From assembly GCA_051382335.1 (NCBI GenBank), contig JBBCAX010000129.1, positions 1 through 52,168 on the forward strand: a stretch of DNA of 52,168 bases, in the 5' to 3' direction. The position numbers and the translations under genes were made by a program. Each line of letters starts with the position of its first letter. Position 1 is the first letter of the stretch. This DNA is from Deltaproteobacteria bacterium TL4 (GTDB lineage: Bacteria; SAR324; NAC60-12). The notes under the pieces were generated by a model. That model worked only from the letters and a program-made list of their open reading frames with translations, was not told where the DNA came from and did not search any database. Shown here piece by piece: positions 1-9,887 of the stretch.

Positions 1-56
1 ATAATAACCCATGGCGCTAGGTTGGTTTAAATGTAAACCTATTGAAATTAAATAGT

Positions 57-133
57 AAAATGGTAGCCGGGGACTACGTGCCCCGGAAAAAACAGGAAAA
101 TGGTAGCCAGGGACTACGTGTCTCGGAAAAAAC
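57..133 (+). repeat. Two tandem ~40-bp REP-like units (AAAATGGTAGCC.GGGACTACGTG.C.CGGAAAAAAC); inverted relative at ~634-660
   Basis: Visible direct repeat. GTAG motif precedes an imperfect hairpin. A related reverse-complement copy (GGCGGGCACGTAGTCCCGCCCTACCAT) lies at 634-660. Confidence 0.8.
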
Positions 134-215
134 GGGGTTGGGTCTAACTTCGGCCAGGGGTAGCCTCGGGTTTCGCCCCGAGGAACAATGTGCGCAGTAT
201 CCCTGGGGTGATGAA
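134..215 (-). mobile_element. Partial inverted copy of the MITE at 17257-17379
   Basis: TTCGGCCAGGGGTAGCCTCGGGTTTCGCCCCGAGGAACAATGTGCGC is the reverse complement of sequence within 17257-17379. It begins with the TIR-like GGGGTTGG. Confidence 0.8.
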
Positions 216-284
216 AAGAAATGTCAACTAGCATTCCTAAGTTGTTCCCGTTTTACTCCATCAATACCATATCCTCTTCAAATT

Positions 285-389
285 TATAGCTGTCCAGGAA
301 AGTTTTTTCCCTGGGAGTGCGGGCATCTTGCCCGCAAAAGCGGGCGGGACGTCCGCACTCCCAGGACAAAACTTATTTTGAACACTATA
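285..389 (+). mobile_element. ~105-bp TATA-bounded MITE with internal CTGGGAG...CTCCCAG palindrome (copy 1)
   Basis: Imperfect terminal inverted repeats TATAG...CTATA. Homologous copies at 49461-49565 and 50525-50626. Confidence 0.75.
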
Positions 390-414
390 CTGGTAAATTT
401 CAAAAAATTTTTGT

Positions 415-587
415 CCCAAATGGTAGGGAGAACGTTCCGCTCTCCAACAAGGGCGAGACGCCCTTGCTACTACCCAAATGGTAGGGAGAGCGTCCCGCTC
501 TCCAACAAGGGCGAGACGCCCTTGCTACTACCCAAATGGTAGGGAGAACGTTCCGCTCTCCAACAAGGGCGAGACGCCCTTGCTACC
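415..587 (+). repeat. Three tandem 58-bp REP-doublet units (GGTAG...CTAC, two hairpins each)
   Basis: Units start at 415, 473 and 531 and are nearly identical. There are no unique spacers. Confidence 0.9.
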
Positions 588-763
588 AGGAAATATAGAG
601 AGGATATGAAATACCCTTATTTTGCGCGTTTTTGGCGGGCACGTAGTCCCGCCCTACCATTTTTTATCCTTTAATTTCAACTGTTTGCAATATTGTGACA
701 AAATACCAAACTAGCACCACTAGTTAATAGTGAATTTTTATGAAAGCATGTCTGCCCGGGATC

Positions 764-819
764 AGGGCGAACACACAGGTTCGCCCCTACAATTTGTAGC
801 CGAAAATATGACCAACTCC
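764..819 (-). repeat. MITE terminal repeat (GGAGTTGGTCATATTTTCGGC) plus GTAGGGGCGAACC-type REP hairpin
   Basis: GCCGAAAATATGACCAAC at 799-816 is identical to 17359-17376. A hairpin lies at 764-791. Confidence 0.7.
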
Positions 820-955
820 GCGGACCAGCTCTGGCAGGAGACGCGAACATCAGCAGAAAACCGACGAAATAGAGCGGAACGGAAATTTTTCTTAAATTAA
901 AAGAGAGGCTTGAAGCAAAGGCGCGAAATGATTGGTCAGAATGATAGAATAGCGG

Positions 956-1075
956 GTGCGGTGCGGTGCGGTGCGGTGCGGTGCGGTGCGGTGCGGTGCG
1001 GTGCGGTGCGGTGCGGTGCGGTGCGGTGCGGTGCGGTGCGGTGCGGTGCGGTGCGGTGCGGTGCGGTGCGGTGCG
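956..1075. repeat. Pentanucleotide microsatellite (GTGCG)24
   Basis: Perfect tandem repeat of 120 bp. Confidence 0.98.
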
Positions 1076-1231
1076 GAAAATGTGCCAGCCGCCCAAAAGA
1101 AAATCAAACATTTTAAAGCTCCTTTGTAAAAAGTGTAAGGATTCCAGCAATCAATTTTCCAACAGGCTGAAAAGTCAAAAAAGACGGTATTGAACGGGTG
1201 TAGTTGCCAATTGGGAGAGTCGGACAAGATT

Positions 1232-1368
1232 GAGATTCAAACGAATTCGCGGTAGAAGGAGCGTCCCGCTCCTTAAAAAAGGCGAGACGCCTTTTCTACC
1301 GAGATTCAAACCAATTCGCGGTAGAAGGAGTGTCCCACTCCTTAAAAAAGGCGGGACGCCTTTTCTAC
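1232..1368 (+). repeat. Two tandem 69-bp REP-doublet units related to the 58-bp family
   Basis: Units start at 1232 and 1301 with GGTAG...GCGTCCCGCTC...GGCGAGACGCC...CTAC. Confidence 0.88.
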
Positions 1369-1569
1369 TATTTCGTTAAATTTCCCAAACTCTAGAGGCT
1401 AAATTAGGAAACCCCCTTAGGTATCTCAAGACACTCCCCCATCGGTTGGACTCGCCCCCTGTTAAATTTTTCAATAGCATTACAAAAACGCTATGCCAAA
1501 CGATAACGGCCTTCTTCAAATTTTAATTTTTCGGAACAGTTGGTTTTTGGACGCTGTCCATTTACCTCA

Positions 1570-3495
1570 TTAAGCGGGTTCAAGGTCTTCTAAACGATTT
1601 TTAAGGTATTGAAGACACGTTTGCGCATCAGAAGCGTAGAAGCCCTCTTCATTACTTGGCAGCAAATGGAGTAACGCCAGCATCACTTTGAAGATTTCAT
1701 AGTGGTGAGCCTTGCTAATGGGCACCGCGTGGATCTCAAAGGTTTTATCTTCAACCGTTACCTTGCGATTTTTAATTTCGTTAACTTGCGAGAGATCCTC
1801 ATAGCCCTTAAGCTTCAGGATGTAGGGATCAAGGTAGAGGTCATTCCCACTGATGTCATACAGTTTGTGGAAATTTTCGCGACCTGTGACTTTGGTTAAG
1901 CCTATGGTGTAAAAGGTTTCTTTGCCACTTCCAATTTTTGCCTGAAACTCAGGAAAATGGAAAGTGGAGTGGTAGGGCTTTTCATCAAGGAGTAAGCTAT
2001 AAGAGAGCAGTTTTTCATCAAATAAAAATCGGAAACAGTGTTTGAGACTTCTGATAAAGCTTTCATTTTCGTCTCCGCCCAGCGCTAAATGGATTTCACG
2101 GTAAAGTCGGATAGGGGTATCGCGCTCTCCTTTGTAATCGACTTGATCTGTTTCAATAAAACGGATCTGGTTTGCCATATTTTCGAATTCCGGTTCTTTA
2201 TTAACCGTCAGTGAGGCCTCTTCAATTTCCTCAAATACCTCGGATTCTTCCGCTCGTTTTTTCTCTTCATGATAATTTCGAAACTTTTCCTCCAAGTTTT
2301 CCAGCATCTCTACAAAAGTATTCAGCAATTGAATTCCCCGAACTTTAAGTCGCTGAACACCTTCTGAAAACTGATTACTGATCTCATCTATGGTCACTCC
2401 CAGTTTTTCAAACTTTGATAACACCCTGACTTCCTCTAAAACGTCGTAGGACCGAGGATAGGAAGCTGTGATTTTAGTAAGCACAAACAGCAGGGTTTTA
2501 GCTAAATCATCAATTTGTGCGGGATTGAGCTGGTTTAAATACGATTGTAAGTGTGTGCTGACATTTCCTGATGAATATAAATCGTAATCGGTAAGTACCT
2601 TAGTCAGTTCACCTGTCATGCCTAAAGAATAGTCGACAAGGTCAGGATCCATTTGCTCAATCACCATAATCAACCCTGCGACAATTCGGGCAAGATCAAA
2701 AGGATCAATCCCTTCAAACATTTTTTGCGTCACGACATCCAGGATAAACAGTTTCAATTTTAAATTCCGCGCCTGAGCAAAATCAGCAACCGCTTCATGA
2801 GTATTCAGGAGTGTCATGAAATCGACCAAAGCATCAATCATGACCGAATCTTCAGTAAGGGCCTCAAGGATTTCGTACTCTTTATGGCGCTGGACATAAT
2901 TGTAGATAATGAGCGATGGATCTGTTTTTTGAGTCTCTGAATCTTCATCCAGTTCCAGTTCAATGATACGGTAGTTCAGAATTTTTGCGGCAAGTCGAGC
3001 GAGTAGTTGTTCCGTTCGGTCCAAGGAGAAAGAAGCGTTCTCTGTAAATATCCGTTCATCTGCTTTTAAACTTTTAACGACTTCATACGTAGCTTTGAAT
3101 TTGAAAAAGAAACTTTGATAGGCGATCTGTTTGCGGCCAAAGGGCGAGGTTTGGATGATTTTCTGCGCACATTCATAAAGAGAGTTGCGGCTTGCTACGG
3201 TGATTTGCATCCAAAATCGTGTTTCAGGAGGCAGCGCCTGAATGGTGGCCGCACCTCTAGAGCAAATACCACGCACATGTTCCAGAGTAACGACACTGAC
3301 ATTATTCTGTTTTTCAAAGGCACTGAACTGTTCTTCCACCTCATGCGCTTCAGGAAATTTACGTTCCGCAACCAATTGAGACAGTGATTTATTTTGATAG
3401 CGTGGGATGTTTCTTCTTTGATATGTTACAAATTTATCAATATCCGATTCGGATTCGAAAATCCGGTCACGCACGATCGTCGAGACAAGGACCAT
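1570..3495 (-). CDS. Hypothetical 641-aa, predominantly helical protein
   Basis: Long ORF; its start overlaps the fliN stop (TAATG). No motif recognised. Confidence 0.85.
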   Translation of the reverse strand: MVLVSTIVRDRIFESESDIDKFVTYQRRNIPRYQNKSLSQLVAERKFPEAHEVEEQFSAFEKQNNVSVVTLEHVRGICSRGAATIQALPPETRFWMQITVASRNSLYECAQKIIQTSPFGRKQIAYQSFFFKFKATYEVVKSLKADERIFTENASFSLDRTEQLLARLAAKILNYRIIELELDEDSETQKTDPSLIIYNYVQRHKEYEILEALTEDSVMIDALVDFMTLLNTHEAVADFAQARNLKLKLFILDVVTQKMFEGIDPFDLARIVAGLIMVIEQMDPDLVDYSLGMTGELTKVLTDYDLYSSGNVSTHLQSYLNQLNPAQIDDLAKTLLFVLTKITASYPRSYDVLEEVRVLSKFEKLGVTIDEISNQFSEGVQRLKVRGIQLLNTFVEMLENLEEKFRNYHEEKKRAEESEVFEEIEEASLTVNKEPEFENMANQIRFIETDQVDYKGERDTPIRLYREIHLALGGDENESFIRSLKHCFRFLFDEKLLSYSLLLDEKPYHSTFHFPEFQAKIGSGKETFYTIGLTKVTGRENFHKLYDISGNDLYLDPYILKLKGYEDLSQVNEIKNRKVTVEDKTFEIHAVPISKAHHYEIFKVMLALLHLLPSNEEGFYASDAQTCLQYLKNRLEDLEPA

Positions 3496-3839
3496 TATTC
3501 TCTACGATCTCCAATTTTTTCGTCAGGACGAGTCACTTCGCTAATACGCACACCATAACGTTCATTTACCACCACAACTTCTCCTCGGGCCATGAGACGT
3601 TCCGCCACTAGAACGTCCACCGGTTCACCTACAATTTTATTAAATTCCACAACGGAACCTTTCTTGAGATTAAGCACATCGCGAATGCGCATATCCGTTC
3701 GGCCAATCTCCACGTTCATGATCATGGGAACATCTTCTAAAAATTTAATGGTATGATAAACCTCGTCATCATCTAATAATTTAGAAATCGAATCTCCGCC
3801 TAACATTGCGGCACGTCCCAATGCCCGAGTCTCAGCCAT
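3495..3839 (-). CDS. fliN: Flagellar motor switch protein FliN (SpoA domain)
   Basis: Motifs DVPM..VEIGRT, GSVVEFNK..GEPVDVLV and ARGEVVVVNERYGVRI. AGGAG RBS upstream. Confidence 0.93.
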   Translation of the reverse strand: MAETRALGRAAMLGGDSISKLLDDDEVYHTIKFLEDVPMIMNVEIGRTDMRIRDVLNLKKGSVVEFNKIVGEPVDVLVAERLMARGEVVVVNERYGVRISEVTRPDEKIGDRRE

Positions 3840-3974
3840 AGCCTCTCCTTTTTATGGATTTAAGGTTTATCCCAAGGAACAAAAAACATAACTTTTCCAA
3901 ATTCTCTCATGCCCAAGGAGTTCTAAACAGACGAATGCAGGATTTATACAAAACCCATTTTTCCCTGCTCTGTA

Positions 3975-4328
3975 TTAAAGAACCGTTACCGTCAGGGGGG
4001 TACTATCGGTACTGCGTTTGCCTCCATACCCTTGAGGTTCAACCTTAACGTCGATTCTAAATTCATAACTCCCTGCCGTTGGCATCAAAAGACGGCAAAT
4101 ATAGGTGTCATCGCATTCGGTCAAGCGGGCCCCATTGATGAACCACTTGATATCATCATAGGTTGAATCGCTTGCGTCCAAAATGATGGACTCTCCGGCA
4201 TTTATGGTTGCCGACGGCGAAACGCTTAAATCTGCTTTTGCTTCAATATCGAGAGTGCTGCAGGCAAACAGCAAGAGTGCGCTCACTCCGATTAAAATAA
4301 GAATCTGAAAAACAATCGTATCTTTCAT
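3975..4328 (-). CDS. Small lipoprotein with PKD/Ig-like domain
   Basis: Lipobox LFAC; PKD-like GESIILDASDS...W...GSY. Confidence 0.75.
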   Translation of the reverse strand: MKDTIVFQILILIGVSALLLFACSTLDIEAKADLSVSPSATINAGESIILDASDSTYDDIKWFINGARLTECDDTYICRLLMPTAGSYEFRIDVKVEPQGYGGKRSTDSTPLTVTVL

Positions 4329-4645
4329 AGTCTACCCTAACTTTTGGATTACCTCTCCCTTAAGCCCATTTTCGGAGCAAATGCACCAAATCGCGATGCT
4401 CATTTTTAAGTACGAGCAAAGGGAATACAATTTCTTGTCCAAAATTGTGGTTAACGGTGCACTCTGAAAAAAAATATCACAGATTTCTAACATGTTAGAG
4501 ACAAGGGCCTCTCATACAGTGGCAGCATCCGACCACATACCGATCCCGTGGTATGAGCGGACAAGAGAGATTTATTTGGAAATTTGTGAGGATCCGGAGA
4601 GAAATTGGAGATAGTGCGCTTGTTGAGTTGAAGCGCACTCAAGCT

Positions 4646-5143
4646 TTACTTCATATGCAGATCATCCATGTAAGGATCATCATAATCTTCACCAATATAG
4701 TCATACAAGTCATCACCCTCTACACATTTTAGCAGCAATTCCTCTTTGGCCATTAAACGTTCTACTTCGATCAGGATGTATTGAAAAAAATCACGAGATG
4801 AAATAATTCCAATAACCTTGCCCTTATGATTGGTGACAGGAAGGTGTCGGAATCCATGTTTTCTTAAAAGTTGAACGCATTCTTTAACCGGGGTATTTTC
4901 ACTGACGGTAATGGGATTAGAAGTGTAAACTTCCTTAAGCAAAGTCGTCTCTGGATTTTTATGCTGCACCATGACACGCATTAATAAGTCTCTTTCAGAA
5001 AAAATACCTAAAAGTTTTCCATCTTCCACGATCAGAACCGTTCCAATTTTTTGCTCACCCATTTTCTGAATCGCCTCCATCACTGTGGAGTCAGGTTCAG
5101 AAATCACCAGATTTTTCTTCATAATTGACTTAACTAAGGCCAT
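4646..5143 (-). CDS. CBS-domain pair protein
   Basis: Motifs GIFSERDL, FRHLPV and GIISSRD. Confidence 0.92.
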   Translation of the reverse strand: MALVKSIMKKNLVISEPDSTVMEAIQKMGEQKIGTVLIVEDGKLLGIFSERDLLMRVMVQHKNPETTLLKEVYTSNPITVSENTPVKECVQLLRKHGFRHLPVTNHKGKVIGIISSRDFFQYILIEVERLMAKEELLLKCVEGDDLYDYIGEDYDDPYMDDLHMK

Positions 5144-5216
5144 TTTTACCTCTCTTCAAGAAGGATCCCGCCTGTGTTGAGATCGTAGTGATTAAAGTCC
5201 ATGGTTTCTAAACTGT

Positions 5217-5396
5217 TTAATTCTTGTGTTCGTTGTGGGCACAGCTTTCACAAGGAGAGCCTCCTCTGAAAAATTTTTTCAACCGTTTCATTCCTCCGCA
5301 AGACCCCTCAATACAACCCTTCCCCATAATCACACCAATCGACATCGCGGTAATACATAGTCCAAAAATGATGAACGTTGCGATAAATACTTGCAT
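5217..5396 (-). CDS. nqrM: Na+-NQR maturation factor NqrM (DUF539), 59 aa, not in the ORF track
   Basis: Manual translation MQVFIATFIIFGLCITAMSIGVIMGKGCIEGSCGGMKRLKKFFRGGSPCESCAHNEHKN: TM helix, GSCGG and CxxC. Lies downstream of apbE. Confidence 0.85.
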   Translation of the reverse strand: MQVFIATFIIFGLCITAMSIGVIMGKGCIEGSCGGMKRLKKFFRGGSPCESCAHNEHKN

Positions 5397-5408
5397 AGCT
5401 ATTCTCTT

Positions 5409-5569
5409 TATAATGGTTCCGGCTTTTATTTCAAGTAAAACCCTTCAGTTGCGGATTTTTTAAGGAAATCCTGCCTGTTAGCCGCAGATTTTCTCAGATA
5501 GACGCGGATTTTTTGAAACAGTTTTTAAATCGGGTGTTCACGCTTAAAAACAGAGACCGAACCGTTCTA
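5409..5569. mobile_element. Putative ~160-bp MITE between apbE and nqrM
   Basis: Imperfect ~35-bp terminal inverted repeats: TATAATGGTTCCGGCTTTTATTTCAAG versus reverse complement TAGAACGGTTCGGTCTCTGTTTTTAAG. Confidence 0.55.
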
Positions 5570-5572
5570 AAA

Positions 5573-6607
5573 TTAGAGGCTTGGCGGGTTCAGCTTCTCA
5601 AACGCAGGTGTTGATTTTTCAACAAACTGATCTCCGTCTCTGATAATCATAAAAAGGGCGATGTTTTCTCGAACGGCTAACTCATAAGCCTTTTCTTGGC
5701 CCAAAACCATGAATGCCGTCGCCAACGCATCCGCATGCATACACTGAACATCTATCACTGAAACACTCGCCAAACTATGAGTGATCGGCTTTCCTGTTGT
5801 GGGATCAATGGTATGTGAATAACGCCGTCCTTCTTTTTCAAAGTAATTACGATAATCGCCCGAAGTTGCTACAGACAGATTTTCAAGACTAATGACTTTT
5901 TGAATTTTGCGCTGTTCCGCCACAGGACTTTCAATAGCAATACGCCAAAACTGCCCATCGATTTTTTTGCCTTTGGTACGTATCTCACCACCAATCTCCA
6001 CCATATAGGAATCGATGCCTTGAGATTCAATATACGCTGAAACCTTATCGACGGCAAAGCCTTTTGCAATCGCGGACAAGTCCACATAAAGCGACGGCTT
6101 TTTTTTGCGAATGGAGAGGTTTTGTACTTCCAGATTTTGATAGCCAATCACCTCTAATAAACTGCGGATACGCTCATCCGAAGGAATTTGTTCATGCTCC
6201 TGTCCAGGGCCAAACCCCCACAGGTTGACCAAGGCTCCTACCGTCACGTCAAAGGCTCCTTGACTCAGTTGACTGACCATTAGTGCGTCTTTAATGACCA
6301 GCATGGTGTCTGCGGAAACTTCAAACCAAGCGGTTGATTGGTGTTGATTGAATCGGGATAATTCAGATTCAGCATCGTATGTCGACATTTGATGGGTCAC
6401 CGTTTCCAGTACCCGATCAATCCCTGTTTGAAGTGAAGCTTTAGTAATTTTAGCCGAGGCCGGAAAAACTTTGATGGTATAGCGAGTGCCCAGCGAAGGG
6501 CTAGAAAAGAGCCACTCCTTTTCCTTGACACGATCGCATCCATTCGTTCCGTAAAGCAAAAACACAAGCAAGAAAAAGGAGTTTATTTGTAGAAGTCTTC
6601 GAAGCAT
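5573..6607 (-). CDS. apbE: FAD:protein FMN transferase ApbE (lipoprotein)
   Basis: Motifs DLSAIAKG, EIGGE, ATSGDYRNYF, SHTIDP and ADALAT. Start taken at MLRRLL, which follows a GGAGG RBS. Confidence 0.95.
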   Translation of the reverse strand: MLRRLLQINSFFLLVFLLYGTNGCDRVKEKEWLFSSPSLGTRYTIKVFPASAKITKASLQTGIDRVLETVTHQMSTYDAESELSRFNQHQSTAWFEVSADTMLVIKDALMVSQLSQGAFDVTVGALVNLWGFGPGQEHEQIPSDERIRSLLEVIGYQNLEVQNLSIRKKKPSLYVDLSAIAKGFAVDKVSAYIESQGIDSYMVEIGGEIRTKGKKIDGQFWRIAIESPVAEQRKIQKVISLENLSVATSGDYRNYFEKEGRRYSHTIDPTTGKPITHSLASVSVIDVQCMHADALATAFMVLGQEKAYELAVRENIALFMIIRDGDQFVEKSTPAFEKLNPPSL

Positions 6608-6611
6608 TATA

Positions 6612-7835
6612 TCATCCTCCAAAATCGTCCAAGAAAATATTTTCTTCCTCAACGCCGAGATCGGCCAATAACTTCAAAACAGCAGAGTTCATCATGGGCG
6701 GTCCACACATGTAATACTCACAATCTTCAGGAGCTGAATGATTCTTTAAATAGTTCTCATATAAAATATTATGAATAAACCCCGTATATCCTGTCCACTT
6801 ATCTTCAGGTAAAGGCTCTGACAAACCAACATGCCATCTGAAGTTTTCATTATCGGTCTGGAGCTGGTTAAAGTCCTCAACATAAAACATTTCTCTCAAA
6901 CTTCGCGCACCATACCAGTAGGTCATTTTCCGTTTGGTTTTAAGACGTTTCAATTGATCAAAAATATGAGAACGCATCGGCGCCATACCCGCCCCCCCCC
7001 CGATAAAAACCATTTCCGCGTCCGTCTCTTTGGCAAAGAACTCTCCATAAGGTCCTGAAATGGTGACTTTATCTCCGGGTTTTAAGCTAAAGATATAACT
7101 CGACATAATCCCGGGAGGCACCTCTGGCATTCGTGGCGGTGGTGAAGCAATCCGCACATTGAGCATGATGAGGCCTTCTTCCTCAGGATAATTAGCCATG
7201 GAGTAAGCTCGAGTGACAGGCGCTTTGTTAAGAGAGCGGAATTGCCAAATATTGAATTTATCCCAATCTTCATGGTACTTCTTCTCAATATCGAAATCCT
7301 TATAAGAGAGATCATAAGGAGGACACTCAATTTGAATATATCCCCCCGCACGAAAATCAACCTTTTCTCCTGCGGGAAGCTCAAGCACCAGCTCCTTAAT
7401 AAAAGTAGCTACATTATGATTTGAACGAACTGTACACTCCCACTTCTTCACTCCGAAAAACTCAGGTTCCACCTCAATGCACATATCCTGCTTGACTCCA
7501 ACCTGACAGGCGAGTCGTAAGCCTGTTTTAGCGTCTTTCTTGCTGATTTTCGTGAGTTCCGTAGGCAGAATATCACCACCACCTGACATCACATGACAGG
7601 TACATTGTCCACAAGTTCCTCCGCCTCCACACGCGGAGGAAAGAAAAACCTGATGGTCCGCCAGCACATTCAATAACTTGCCGCCAGGCGAAACGGTCAA
7701 AGACTTTTCCGGATCATTATTGATCATAATCTGAATGTCCCCGGTGGGAATCAAGTGGGACTGAGCAAAAAGGATAACCACCACCAATAACAGGACGATG
7801 GCTGTAAACATCGTAACACCCAAAACAATTTCCAT
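6612..7835 (-). CDS. nqrF: Na+-translocating NADH:quinone reductase subunit F
   Basis: [12 protein letters not shown] 2Fe-2S motif, [14 protein letters not shown] and C-terminal DDFGG. Confidence 0.98.
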   Translation of the reverse strand: MEIVLGVTMFTAIVLLLVVVILFAQSHLIPTGDIQIMINNDPEKSLTVSPGGKLLNVLADHQVFLSSACGGGGTCGQCTCHVMSGGGDILPTELTKISKKDAKTGLRLACQVGVKQDMCIEVEPEFFGVKKWECTVRSNHNVATFIKELVLELPAGEKVDFRAGGYIQIECPPYDLSYKDFDIEKKYHEDWDKFNIWQFRSLNKAPVTRAYSMANYPEEEGLIMLNVRIASPPPRMPEVPPGIMSSYIFSLKPGDKVTISGPYGEFFAKETDAEMVFIGGGAGMAPMRSHIFDQLKRLKTKRKMTYWYGARSLREMFYVEDFNQLQTDNENFRWHVGLSEPLPEDKWTGYTGFIHNILYENYLKNHSAPEDCEYYMCGPPMMNSAVLKLLADLGVEEENIFLDDFGG

Positions 7836-7884
7836 AAAAACCTCTATCGTTTATTAAGATTTGAGTTGTTTCACCTCAGTTTGG

Positions 7885-8505
7885 CTATAACTGAATTCCC
7901 GAAAAAGACATAAACGCGAGTGCCATCAACCCTGCGGTAATGAACGTAATGCCCAAGCCTTTGAGCCCATCAGGAACATCGCTATATTTCAATTTTTCAC
8001 GGATTCCCGCAAGAACCACAATCGCAAAACCCCAACCAAAACCAGAACCGATCCCATAAACGATACTTTCGGCAAAGTTATAACTCCGCTCTACCATAAA
8101 CAAGGACCCTCCCAGGATGGCACAGTTTACCGTGATCAATGGTAAAAAGATGCCTAAGGCGTTGTAGAGAGGAGGAAAATGACGATCAAGAATCATCTCC
8201 AAAATTTGTACCATTGCGGCAATTACCCCGATGTAGGTGATATATCCCAGAAACCCTAAATCAACGTCAGGCAAGCCCGCCCAGGCAAGAGCGCCTTCCT
8301 GCAAAACAAATTGATAAATCAAGTTATTCGCAGGAACGGTGATTGCCTGCACAACAGTGACCGCAATTCCAAGGCCTAAGGCGGTTTCTATTTTTTTGGA
8401 AACCGCAAGGAAGGTACACATCCCCAAGAAAAAGGCGAGTGCCATATTTTCCATAAAAACGGATTTGATAAATAAGCTTAAGTAATGTTCCAACATATCA
8501 TCCAT
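7885..8505 (-). CDS. nqrE: Na+-NQR subunit E
   Basis: Motifs [11 protein letters not shown] and [10 protein letters not shown]; operon position. Confidence 0.97.
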   Translation of the reverse strand: MDDMLEHYLSLFIKSVFMENMALAFFLGMCTFLAVSKKIETALGLGIAVTVVQAITVPANNLIYQFVLQEGALAWAGLPDVDLGFLGYITYIGVIAAMVQILEMILDRHFPPLYNALGIFLPLITVNCAILGGSLFMVERSYNFAESIVYGIGSGFGWGFAIVVLAGIREKLKYSDVPDGLKGLGITFITAGLMALAFMSFSGIQL

Positions 8506-9121
8506 CCTTTTCTACTTGATCGGTTTTCCAAGTCCTCAAGGCCCAGATCAAGAGTCCAATGAGAAAAAAAGCACTTGGAGGTAAATTCAGCAACCCATTG
8601 GGGACATACCATCCGCCATCCGTATTCAGCTTCAAAATTTCAAAGCCAAACAGCTTTCCTGCACCCAAAAGTTCCCGAACCACACCCACAACTATCAGAA
8701 TCGCGCTATAGCCAATCCCGTTTCCGAGCCCATCGAGAAAACTCATCCACACGCCATTTTTCATGGCATACGCTTCAGCACGTCCCATCACGATACAGTT
8801 GGTAATGATTAAGCCCACAAACACAGACAACTGCTTACTGACCTGGAAGGCATAGGCCTTTAAAATCTGATCGACAACAATCACCAGCGAGGCAATAATG
8901 GTCATCTGGACAATGATTCGAATATTACTGGGAATGTGTTGACGTATCAAACTCACTCCAGCATTGGAAAACGCGGTAACCAACGTAACCGCCAACCCCA
9001 TGATAAAAGCGGTTTCCAACTTACTGGTTACAGCCAGCGCGGAGCAAACGCCCAAAACCTGTAAGGCAATAGGGTTGTTTTCGAAAACCGGATCCAACAA
9101 GGTTTCCTGAGTACTAGCCAT
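8498..9121 (-). CDS. nqrD: Na+-NQR subunit D
   Basis: Motifs [10 protein letters not shown] and [14 protein letters not shown]. Confidence 0.97.
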   Translation of the reverse strand: MASTQETLLDPVFENNPIALQVLGVCSALAVTSKLETAFIMGLAVTLVTAFSNAGVSLIRQHIPSNIRIIVQMTIIASLVIVVDQILKAYAFQVSKQLSVFVGLIITNCIVMGRAEAYAMKNGVWMSFLDGLGNGIGYSAILIVVGVVRELLGAGKLFGFEILKLNTDGGWYVPNGLLNLPPSAFFLIGLLIWALRTWKTDQVEKDG

Positions 9122-9887
9122 TGTGACCTCCTTCCTGCTTCATTCTTTCCAAGTAAGGCCCAAAACCTTTTTTCCCGAGCCAAAACTTCATCATCTTGCT
9201 GACGCCTCTTGAAGTGAGCGTTGCGCCAGAAAGACCATCAACCTGATGAATCGCCTTTTCACTCTGGGGATCCACTCTGCCTTTGATCAAGGTAACCGCG
9301 ACTTCTCCCGAAGAGTCATAGGCTTTTTTGCCAGGCCAAAGGGCTCGCCAGCGGGGATTATCAACTTCACCGCCAAGACCAGGGGTCTCGGCATGTTCAT
9401 AGTAAACCATGCCCTTGATGGTGTTCGTGTCTTTGGCCAAGGCCACAAAACCATACATGGTTCCCCAAAGACCCTTCCCATAAACAGGGAGAATGATTTG
9501 CTGTACGCTGCCTTGTTCTTCAACAAGATAGACCGGAACAGACTTTGCTCGCTGCTTGATATCTCCAAAGTCCTCTTCAGGCGGAATGATCCAATTTTGA
9601 GCCGTATCTTTGGCTGCTTTTTTTTGATCATAGGTCGCTGGATTAAGGGATGCGTTATATTCACCTGAAGAGAGATCCACGACTTTGGCGTGGATATTTG
9701 TGAAGGCGGCGTCAATATCGACTCCCTCATGGTACAACCCTGCTGCCATTAAAATATTCTTCTTCTTGTCAAGGGCTTTATTTCTTTCCTGTATGGGTTT
9801 TAATCCAATAGTGGCCGTAGAGACCAGGATGGAGCAAACCAAACACAGCAAGAAGGCCACTAAAAATGTTTTACCTGTATCAGACAT
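9114..9887 (-). CDS. nqrC: Na+-NQR subunit C
   Basis: ETPGLGG and the [12 protein letters not shown] site. Start taken at MSDTGK. Confidence 0.96.
   Translation of the reverse strand: MSDTGKTFLVAFLLCLVCSILVSTATIGLKPIQERNKALDKKKNILMAAGLYHEGVDIDAAFTNIHAKVVDLSSGEYNASLNPATYDQKKAAKDTAQNWIIPPEEDFGDIKQRAKSVPVYLVEEQGSVQQIILPVYGKGLWGTMYGFVALAKDTNTIKGMVYYEHAETPGLGGEVDNPRWRALWPGKKAYDSSGEVAVTLIKGRVDPQSEKAIHQVDGLSGATLTSRGVSKMMKFWLGKKGFGPYLERMKQEGGHNG

Larger units (their letters stand above)
677..1111 (-). pseudogene. Microsatellite-containing ORF reaching a signal-peptide-like stretch, then broken by a MITE end/REP
   Basis: AAGGAG RBS precedes the ATG at 1111. The (CGCAC)24 tract is in frame, followed by RKISVPLYFVGFLLMFASPARA. 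A MITE TIR starts at 819. Confidence 0.4.

Noticed and set aside
42..542. 166-aa ORF
   Set aside because: It consists almost entirely of REP/MITE sequence.
415..587. CRISPR array
   Set aside because: The units are contiguous with no unique spacers, no cas genes are present, and the structure is that of REP doublets.
134..819. One composite element bounded by the two GG.GTTGG TIRs
   Set aside because: The flanks (GAAAAAAC versus GCGGACCA) show no target duplication, so two partial elements are more likely.
892..1227. ORFs with RTAPH/AVRCG repeats as real proteins
   Set aside because: They are open only because the microsatellite lacks stop codons. Only the frame with an SD (ATG 1111) was kept, at low confidence.
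6992..7001. G10 homopolymer in nqrF as a phase-variation tract
   Set aside because: It is in frame and encodes the conserved GGGA of the NAD-binding motif in a housekeeping gene.
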